Part shown: piece by piece, positions 34,141 through 42,307 of the stretch
Layout of the letters: every line of letters starts with the position of its first letter
Position numbering within the stretch: position 1 is the stretch's first letter
NCBI GenBank assembly: GCA_026397855.1
Contig: JAPLUA010000264.1
Coordinates: 1 to 63,701 of the forward strand
Length of the DNA stretch: 63,701 nt
Direction of reading: 5' to 3'
DNA from: Verrucomicrobiota bacterium
Lineage (GTDB): Bacteria; Verrucomicrobiota; Verrucomicrobiia; Limisphaerales; UBA8199
Translations under genes and position numbers: made by a program
Notes under the pieces: generated by a model
The model's database searches: none
Told to the model about the DNA's origin: nothing
The model's input: only the letters and a program-made list of their open reading frames with translations

Positions 34141-35930
34141 GTGAACTTCCTGAATCCCATCTACACGGAAAAGCGCGAATGCCAGGATTGCTACAAGTGC
34201 GTTCGGCATTGTCCCGTCAAAGCCATCAAGGTGGAGGGCGGTTACGCCTCGGTGGTTCCGGAGCTGTGCATCCTGTGCGGGCACTGTGTGGAGGTCTGTC
34301 CGAACTCGGCCAAGCGGGTGCGGGATGATCTGTCCCAGGCGCGGCAACTGCTCGCGCTCAAGCCGCGCGTGCTGGTATCGCTGGCCCCCTCTTATGTGAG
34401 CGAGTTTCCGGAACTGCAACCCGGCCAGCTCATTCGCGCCTTCAAACGGCTCGGCTTTTCCGGAGTTTCCGAGACCGCCCTGGGCGCCCAGCAGGTCTCC
34501 GCTCAGGCTGCCGCCGCCCTGGCGGAAGGCAGCGGGCGAGTGCTCTATTCCTCGGCCTGCCCGACGGTGGTGAGCTACCTGCAGAAGCATCGGCCCGCCG
34601 ACTCGCAATACCTCACCGGGCTGCTTTCGCCGTTGCTGACGCACTGCAAGATGCTGCGGCAGGGCTTCGGGCAGGACATCGGCATCGTGTTTGTCGGTCC
34701 GTGCATCGCCAAGAAGCTCGAAGCCGCCCAGCATCCGGCATTGCTGGATGTCGCGCTCACCTTCGACGACTTGCGCCGGTGGCTGACGCAGGAGCAGATC
34801 ATGCCGGAGACACTGGCGGCTGAGGCCGGGGATAGCTTCATCCCGGAGCACTCCGCTGAAGGCGCGTGGTATCCGGTGGACGGGGGCATGATCGCGGGAA
34901 TGAAATCCATCTGTGCGGTGAACGATTGCTCGTTCATGGCCTTCTCCGGCATCAACGCTATCCAGAAGGCGATCGAGGGGTTGGGCACCCAGCCGATGGA
35001 CGGAAGCCTGTTCCTGGAGTTGCTCGCGTGCGAGGGCGGCTGCGTGAACGGTCCGCGCGCCGCCAAACGGTATGGCACGGCCGCCAAGCGCCGCCGGGTG
35101 CTTCGGGCGGTGGTGGCGCCCCCGCCGATGCTCCCGCGCCAGTCCAGCCTGGACATCCAGTCCATATTCGCCGTAGCGCCCCAGCCGCTGCTCAAGTTTT
35201 CCGAGTCGCAGATCCGGGAAGCCCTGCGTGCGGTCGGCAAGATTTCACGGGATGACGAGCTGGACTGTGGCGGCTGCGGTTACAATTCGTGCCGCGAGTT
35301 TGCCGGGGCGCTCATCCAGCAAAAGGCGGAACGCGCCATGTGCGTCACCTACATGCGCAAGCTGGCGCTGAAGAAGGCGAACGCCCTCATTCAGAAGATG
35401 CCCTCGGCCGTCGTGATCATCAACGACGCGATGCGCATCATCGAATACAACACCGCCTTCGCCACCCTGTTCGCCTGCAACGTGGCGCCGGCGGGCTCAC
35501 CCCCGACGGGCGCGTCTCTGGAAGGGGTGATGCTGAGCGAGATCATGCCCTTCGCCAACCTCTTCCACGCCGTGCTGAAGAGCGGCGAGGACATCCTGGA
35601 TCGGGACCTCCGCTACCAGAAGACCATTCTGCACTCCGCTACCAGAAGACCATTCTGCATGCCGGTATTTTCACCATTGAAAAGCACTGCGTGGTGGGCG
35701 GCATCCTGCAGGACATCACGGAGCCGGCCGTCCGGAAGGCGGAGGTGATCCGCAAGGCGCAGGAGGTCATCCAGCGCAGCCTGCAGACCACGCAGACCAT
35801 CGCCTGCCTGCTGGGCGAGAGCGCCGCCGAAACCGAGATCACCCTCAACTCGATCATCGAATCCTTTTCGCCCGCCAAACTGGAGGAGCCCAAGCATGAG
35901 AACGATTGGCGAAAGCTTTATAGACGTTGA
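34141..35930 (+). pseudogene. hydS: HydS-type putative sensory [FeFe]-hydrogenase (Fd domain, H-domain, Cx2Cx4Cx16C, PAS), frameshifted by a 26-bp tandem duplication
   Basis: GTG at 34141 after a GAGAGGG SD. 'CQDCYKCVRHCP', 'CILCGHCVEVCP', 'SSACPTV', 'GPCIAKKLE', 'ELLACEGGCVNG', 'CGGCGYNSC-x16-C'. The frame switches at the duplication; ORF 35289-35930 carries the C-terminus '...LRYQKTILHAGIFTIEKH...DITEP'. Confidence 0.88.
35608..35659 (+). repeat. perfect 2 x 26-bp tandem duplication inside hydS (frameshifting)
   Basis: CTCCGCTACCAGAAGACCATTCTGCA at 35608-35633 is repeated exactly at 35634-35659. Deleting one copy fuses ORFs 33994-35748 and 35289-35930 in frame. Confidence 0.95.
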
Positions 35931-37077
35931 TTCCTCCCAGCGCGCCAAGGCCGGCCAGGTGGTCTCCGGTGACGTCTTCCTCTCGCGGCGCATCAAGCCC
36001 GAGGGGCGCATCATCTCCATCCTCTCGGACGGTCTGGGCAGCGGCGTCAAGGCCAGCGTGCTGGCGAACCTGACGGCCACGATGGCGCTGCGGTACACGT
36101 CGGCCTTTGTGGATGTCCGCAAGAGCGCGGGCACCATCATGGACACCCTGCCGATCTGCGAGGTCCGCAAAATCAGCTACTCCACGTTCACCATCGTTGA
36201 CCTGGATGAGCGGGGCCATGCCCGGGCGATTGAGCACGGCAACCCCGCCCTGGTGCTGATGCGCGGCCAGAGGGCGCTGCCGCTGGAGCGGGTGGACATC
36301 ACCCTGGATAATTGGAAGGATCGCACCATCAGCTACAGCGAGTTTGATGTCCAACTGGGCGACCGGATTGTCTGCGCCTCAGACGGCATCAGCCAATCGG
36401 GGTTGGGCCGCAAGGGCCTGCCGCTCGGCTGGGGCAGCGAGAACTTCGTCCGCTTCCTGTCGCAGCAGGTAGGGCAGGAGCCGGAAATCTCTTCGCAGGA
36501 ACTCTCCCGGAAGGTCGTCGCCGAGGCCCTGGTGAACGACGGCGCCGCCGCCAAGGACGACATGACCTGCGGCGTGGTTTACTACCGTCACCCGCGCCGG
36601 CTCCTGGTCATCACCGGGCCGCCCTTCTGCAAGGAGCGCGATGGCGAATTGGCGGAGATGGCGGAGTCGTTTCCCGGGAGCAAAGCCATCTGCGGCGGCA
36701 CCACCGCCAATATCATCTCGCGCCTGCTCAACCGGCCGGTTCGCGCCTGTCTGGCCAAACTCGATCCGGAGATACCCCCGCCGGCCTTAATGCAGGGCAT
36801 TGACCTGATCACCGAAGGGACCATGACCCTCGCGCGCGTCGCGGAAATGCTGGAGCGCGGCGCGCAGCAACCGTGGCCCGACAACGCGGCCCGCGACCTG
36901 CTGGCCCTGATGCTCCGGAGCGATGTCGTCGAGTTTGTGGTCGGCACGCGCATCAATGAGGCTCACCAGGACCCGAATGTGCCGGTTGAGCTCGACCTGC
37001 GCCGCAATATCATCCGCCGCATCGTCGGGCTGCTGGAGAGCAAACACCTCAAGGAGTGTTCCGTCCGGTTCCTCTGA
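35896..37077 (+). CDS. SpoIIE/PP2C-family Ser/Thr phosphatase with a ~160-aa C-terminal domain of unknown function
   Basis: 'SGDVF', 'ILSDGLGSGVKASV', 'GDRIVCASDGIS', 'KDDMTCGVV' PPM motifs. GGAGG SD 8 nt upstream. Overlaps the hydS 3' end by 35 nt. Confidence 0.85.
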   Translation: MRTIGESFIDVDSSQRAKAGQVVSGDVFLSRRIKPEGRIISILSDGLGSGVKASVLANLTATMALRYTSAFVDVRKSAGTIMDTLPICEVRKISYSTFTIVDLDERGHARAIEHGNPALVLMRGQRALPLERVDITLDNWKDRTISYSEFDVQLGDRIVCASDGISQSGLGRKGLPLGWGSENFVRFLSQQVGQEPEISSQELSRKVVAEALVNDGAAAKDDMTCGVVYYRHPRRLLVITGPPFCKERDGELAEMAESFPGSKAICGGTTANIISRLLNRPVRACLAKLDPEIPPPALMQGIDLITEGTMTLARVAEMLERGAQQPWPDNAARDLLALMLRSDVVEFVVGTRINEAHQDPNVPVELDLRRNIIRRIVGLLESKHLKECSVRFL

Positions 37078-37110
37078 GCTCGCGAGCCAATCCCACCGCC
37101 CATAAAACGA

Positions 37111-37278
37111 GCCTCCTCTCCCCGGCCCTCTCCTCCATTCTGAATGGAAGAGAGGGAGAAGAAGCGTGCCGTGCTTGTGTGGTTGACCTCCGGACCGCCA
37201 CCCGCCACGCGGACGAGGACGCGCCCATCTTTCTCCCTCTCCCCTTCAGAAGGGGAGAGGGCCGGGGAGAGGGGTCCC
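37111..37278. repeat. two inverted copies of a ~45-bp 'CTCTCCCCGGCCCTCTCC...GGGGAGAGGG' hairpin repeat
   Basis: Copy 1 at about 37113-37157 with hairpin 37126-37156. Copy 2 at about 37235-37278, inverted, with a 12-bp perfect stem CCCTCTCCCCTT/AAGGGGAGAGGG. The 18-nt core is shared. Confidence 0.8.
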
Positions 37279-37292
37279 CCGGTCTCGTCAGC

Positions 37293-37327
37293 AAAATAAA
37301 ACGGCGGCCCGCTGCCGGACCGCCGTT
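37293..37327 (-). terminator. rho-independent terminator of gap
   Basis: Minus strand reads AACGGCGG-tccggcagcggg-CCGCCGTT followed by TTATTTTG, about 27 nt after the gap stop. Confidence 0.8.
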
Positions 37328-37353
37328 CCCAACCAACCAACTCAACCAACAGA

Positions 37354-38406
<1,053 letters not shown>

Positions 38407-38441
38407 TTAGATTTCAGATTATATGTAAAATCGGTGAGCGC

Positions 38442-38469
38442 ATATTAGCGGCACCGACACCAAGGTCAA
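38442..38469 (-). promoter_or_regulatory. candidate gap promoter (TTGACC-N16-TAATAT, minus strand)
   Basis: Plus-strand GGTCAA at 38464-38469 and ATATTA at 38442-38447. AT-rich ~38-nt leader to the ATG at 38403. Confidence 0.6.
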
Positions 38470-38502
38470 CAAAGAAACATGCGACACAAAGAAACATGCC
38501 AG
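38469..38502. repeat. 17-bp-phased direct repeat (ACAAAGAAACATGC x2) abutting the gap -35
   Basis: The 14-mer occurs at 38469-38482 and again at 38486-38499. Confidence 0.85.
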
Positions 38503-38510
38503 GTTAAACG

Positions 38511-38720
38511 CAGATCAGGCGGGGCATTGGAGCCCTTGTAAGATCCCCATGGCAACTCCCGGGTGAGCCTGTAAGAAGTGCCTACCCTCGCCTTCCGACC
38601 GGGGACGCACGCTCCGGGTCGGCTGGCAAGGGCAGGGGAGCCATTCTCTAAAAGGTCACTCGGCAGCAAGGTCTAGCCCCGGGCCATCTTACAGCGGGCT
38701 CCAATGCCCCGCCTGGTCTG
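38511..38720. other. 210-bp element closed by a 25-bp inverted repeat (structured ncRNA or MITE candidate)
   Basis: CAGATCAGGCGGGGCATTGGAGCCC (38511-38535) versus GGGCTCCAATGCCCCGCCTGGTCTG (38696-38720), 1 mismatch. The helix extends via TGTAAGAT (38537-38544) / ATCTTACA (38686-38693). Internal imperfect hairpin at about 38581-38634. Confidence 0.6.
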
Positions 38721-38794
38721 CGGTTGGCGTTGCCTCCGGAGAAAAGCCCGGTTTACCGGTGAGGGGAGTATAAGGGATTCAGACGGAGGCAGCT

Positions 38795-40888
38795 TCAAAC
38801 AGTATCGGTCTCCACAATCAGGATGGCCTGGGGCAGGCCGCCGGCACTTTTCAGCAGCCTCCAACTGCTGTGGACGGCCACCTTCAGGCCCGCCCTGGTT
38901 CGTTTCTCGAGGGAGATATTCCAGGTGCCGGCTTGCAGGGTTTGCTCAAGGCAGGTTCGCAGGCCCGGGATCTCCTCCTCTGGCTGCATCTGCTGGAATT
39001 CCCGGCCAATGGCCTCGTCCGCCGTCCAGCCGAAGATTCGTTGGGCGCCCTTGTTCCAGTAGAGGATGCGCCCGGCCAAATCCAGCACCGCGATGGCATC
39101 ATGCGTCAGGTCGAGCAGTTCGGCCTGCTCCCGGATTCGGTCCGCTGCCTGCTTCTGTTCCGTGATGTCCCGCAGGTAGGTCAGAAAGCGTTCTGGCCCA
39201 CCCTGGTCATTGGTGACCAGCGAGACGTTGGCATCGAGCCAGAGGAACTTGCCATCGCGGCGTCGGAACCGTTTCTCAGTGCTGAACGATTTGAGGTCGC
39301 TGGCAAGGAGCCGCTGGTATTGCCACCAGTCAGACTCCACATCGTCGGGGTGGGTTACATCCTGGAGTCGGCGTGCGAGCAGCCCGGCTTTGGTATAGTC
39401 GAGCAGTTGGCAAAGCTGGGGCGGGACTTCCAGCCAGCGGCCGTCCAGGCCGATCTCGGCCACCATGATGTGGGAGAAGGATTTCGCCCGGGTCAGGCGG
39501 GCCTGGCTTTCACAAAGCGCCGCCTCCGCCAGCTTGCGCCCTGTGATGTCAGTCACGACCCCCACGACGCGCGTCGGGTGGCCCTCCTTGTCTCGCACCA
39601 AGGTTCTGCCCGTGTCCAAAACCCACTTCCATTTGCCGGACTTTGTGCGCAGCCGGTGCTCCGACTCGTAGGCCGCCGTGCGCCCCTCCAGGTGTCCGGT
39701 CAATCGCTCAATAACGGCAGGAAGATCTTCGAGATGGACGTGCTGTTTGAAGAAATCTACGGTTGGCTTAACCTCTGCCGGCGCATACTCCAGCATCGAA
39801 GCCCACAGGTCGTTATAGACAACCGCGCCCGTTTGAGGGAACCAATCCCAGCTGCCCAGCGCGCCCCCGTGCAGCGCAAAGTCGAGCCGCTGCCGGCTCT
39901 CGCGCAACATGCCCTCCGCCTGCTTGCGGCCGAGCGCGATCCCGATGCTGGCGCCCAAACCCTCAAAGAAGCGGATCATCCCGGGCGTAAACCGGTTGGG
40001 CCGATGGTCGTTGAGCTGCAGCAGCCCGATGATCTCCGCGCCTGTTCTGAGCGGGATCAGCGCCACGGACTCATAGCCCTCGCCGTGGCAGCGGTTGCGG
40101 GTGCGCGCCAGGCGATCGGCATCGGTTGTGGTGGCCAGCAGCGTTGTGGTGCTGTTGGTCCAAAAGCTGCCTCCCGCCGTGAAGATCGGCAAGGCGGGGT
40201 TGGTCCGTCCACGGAGAATATTGCCGCACATGCACTCGAGTACCGGGTTTCCAAGGGCGTCACGCACCACCCCGCCCGCCTGGTCATGCGCGCACAAAAA
40301 ACGTTCCGCGCGCACGAAGTCCCCGGAAAACCCCAGGGTTTCGTAGTAGGGAAAATCATCCCCCTCCACCAGGCGGATGCCAACCGCGTCAAAGCCGGTG
40401 GCGATCTTGACCGCCCCCAGGAAGTCGTGAATTGTTTTTTCCAGGTCTTGAGAACGGTTGAGCACTTCCAGGATCTCCCGGGCGAGGTGTTCCCGGGTCT
40501 CCGTCTTTTGTCGCTCCATTGCATACAGCGCAACCCGCAGGAGCAGGCTCCCGCTCATCTCCCCTTTCAGGAGCCATTGCTGGGCTCCCTCTCGCATGGC
40601 CGCAATCCCCCGCTCGAGGTCGTCTGTTCCAGTCAGGACAATCACTGGCACGCCTGGTGCCGCTTGGCGCAACTCCCGCAAGGTTGCCATGCCCTGACTG
40701 CCGGGTTCGCCCAGATCCAAGAGGACCAGGTCAACCGTTCCGGCCTTCAACCGGGCGGCCGCCTCCGCAGGTCGGGCCGTCGGGAGAATCGAAAAACCAG
40801 TTAATCCGCCCTCCATCAGCACATCCCTGATGGAGCCCGCCCCCAAGGCGTCATCCTCCACTGGCAAGATGGAAAGAGTTCGGATCAT
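38795..40888 (-). CDS. response-regulator receiver - GAF - 3x PAS signalling protein with no output domain (possibly truncated hybrid kinase)
   Basis: REC 'DLVLLDLGEPGSQG...PVIVLTG'. PAS ends marked by 'VVTDITGRK' and 'LRDITEQK'. The protein stops at 'LIVETDTV*', exactly where the third DIT linker would start. Confidence 0.8.
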   Translation of the reverse strand: MIRTLSILPVEDDALGAGSIRDVLMEGGLTGFSILPTARPAEAAARLKAGTVDLVLLDLGEPGSQGMATLRELRQAAPGVPVIVLTGTDDLERGIAAMREGAQQWLLKGEMSGSLLLRVALYAMERQKTETREHLAREILEVLNRSQDLEKTIHDFLGAVKIATGFDAVGIRLVEGDDFPYYETLGFSGDFVRAERFLCAHDQAGGVVRDALGNPVLECMCGNILRGRTNPALPIFTAGGSFWTNSTTTLLATTTDADRLARTRNRCHGEGYESVALIPLRTGAEIIGLLQLNDHRPNRFTPGMIRFFEGLGASIGIALGRKQAEGMLRESRQRLDFALHGGALGSWDWFPQTGAVVYNDLWASMLEYAPAEVKPTVDFFKQHVHLEDLPAVIERLTGHLEGRTAAYESEHRLRTKSGKWKWVLDTGRTLVRDKEGHPTRVVGVVTDITGRKLAEAALCESQARLTRAKSFSHIMVAEIGLDGRWLEVPPQLCQLLDYTKAGLLARRLQDVTHPDDVESDWWQYQRLLASDLKSFSTEKRFRRRDGKFLWLDANVSLVTNDQGGPERFLTYLRDITEQKQAADRIREQAELLDLTHDAIAVLDLAGRILYWNKGAQRIFGWTADEAIGREFQQMQPEEEIPGLRTCLEQTLQAGTWNISLEKRTRAGLKVAVHSSWRLLKSAGGLPQAILIVETDTV

Positions 40889-41260
40889 CCTTCAACATGC
40901 CACGTCCAACGCGGGCTGGCAATGGCTCCCGGGCTGGCTGGCACCTCCCGCTGATCTGGCGGCAGCATCACAGCACACCCATTAGCCCGTTTGCGGACAG
41001 AATCTGCTGGCACTTGGAAAGTTAAGGGCTAATGTAAAACAAGTCTGGGACAGACGCTCCTGCACCGCTGAGGGGTTGCCTGTCCTTCCGGCAGCACCAG
41101 CATCATGGGACAAGAGCCTGACAACGAATCGCCGCTGTGTCGAAGCAGGGCTAATGGATTCCGGCTTCGCTCGCGGGAGGGTATTGTCCTCACGCACCGC
41201 ACCGCACCGCAAGCCGCGCTCAATTCCGGGAACCCGCGTGAATCAGGGCGCATTTTGCCC

Positions 41261-42295
41261 ATGGCGGTGGCGCTGCTGGCAGGGATCTGCTTGCTGTCCT
41301 GGTTTGGACTCAGGCATGTGCATCCGGCTCGAACCTCCCCCTTTGCTGAAATGGTCCGGCAGCCGGTTGTGCCGGTCGTGGCTTCGCGCGTGACCAGCGC
41401 AGGACCGGGTGGCGCTCTGGCCGCCGGCCGCCCGGCGGCTTACCGCCTGGGCGCGCAGCGGGTTCTGAGTTATGGCAACGCCGAGGGGGAAGTCGGCATG
41501 GTTCGCGGCGGCGGCCAGCCGCCGGTCGGTCCGGAGTCGTTTGCCCTGGGCAAAGACGGAGGCGTCCTGGTGGCCGACGTGGTGAACAAGCGGGTGATGT
41601 TTTATGACCGCAACGGGGCCTATCTCCGCAGCCTCAGCCTTCCAGGCATAGCGCTCGGGGACATTGCCACCGACGGGCAGGGCAGGGTGTATGTCTATGA
41701 CCAGGCGCGGCGGGCCCTGCACCAGTATGAGTCTGACGGCACGCCGGGCAGCACGCTCGACCTGAACCCCAGGGACATTGACACCCGGGGCTACTTCCAC
41801 GTCGCCGGCGACGCGCTCTATTTTGCCGATGCCGCGGCCCGTGATGTGCTGGTCGCCATGCTAAAGGACGGAGTGCTGGTGGTGCCCGACGCCGCGGCGG
41901 AGCGCGTGGCGGATGGCGTTCATGGTGCGAGCGGGCGCATCTATTCGTTGTCCCTGGACAAGGGGCAGGGGCTGCGGTTGGACATCCGTGACCCGGCGGC
42001 GCCCTCGGCCGTTCAGTCCGTGCAGGCGCCTTTGCCGGGCATTGTGTCGGCGCGGTTTGCGGGCGAGGACCAGGCACGGCGGTCTTATGTCCAGACCGAG
42101 CGGTTGGAGGGGGATCGCATCATCCTCGAAGTCCTTGCCTTCGGCGCCGACGGGGGGGAATTGGCCGCGACGCGGATGCCGGAGAACGATTACGCCATCT
42201 GGACGGCCAAGTTGGTGGAGGTGCGGGGGGACGGGGCGATTGTGCAGTTCCTGCCGCAGCGGGAGCAGGCCAGGCTGAACCTGTTTGTGAATTAA
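41261..42295 (+). CDS. membrane-anchored hypothetical protein, NHL/beta-propeller-like repeats
   Basis: ATG at 41261, TM 'MAVALLAGICLLSWFGL'. Repeated 'G..YV.D...R....Y...G' blades. Confidence 0.5.
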   Translation: MAVALLAGICLLSWFGLRHVHPARTSPFAEMVRQPVVPVVASRVTSAGPGGALAAGRPAAYRLGAQRVLSYGNAEGEVGMVRGGGQPPVGPESFALGKDGGVLVADVVNKRVMFYDRNGAYLRSLSLPGIALGDIATDGQGRVYVYDQARRALHQYESDGTPGSTLDLNPRDIDTRGYFHVAGDALYFADAAARDVLVAMLKDGVLVVPDAAAERVADGVHGASGRIYSLSLDKGQGLRLDIRDPAAPSAVQSVQAPLPGIVSARFAGEDQARRSYVQTERLEGDRIILEVLAFGADGGELAATRMPENDYAIWTAKLVEVRGDGAIVQFLPQREQARLNLFVN

Positions 42296-42307
42296 CGACG
42301 CGTGCGA

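Noticed and set aside
35289-35930. Independent 213-aa gene downstream of hydS
   Set aside because: Its first ~105 codons are an out-of-frame shadow of hydS. Only the part after the 26-bp duplication is real, and it continues the HydS PAS domain.
38870-40804. 644-aa plus-strand ORF overlapping the REC-GAF-PAS gene
   Set aside because: The minus-strand translation has clear REC/GAF/PAS features. The plus-strand one has none.
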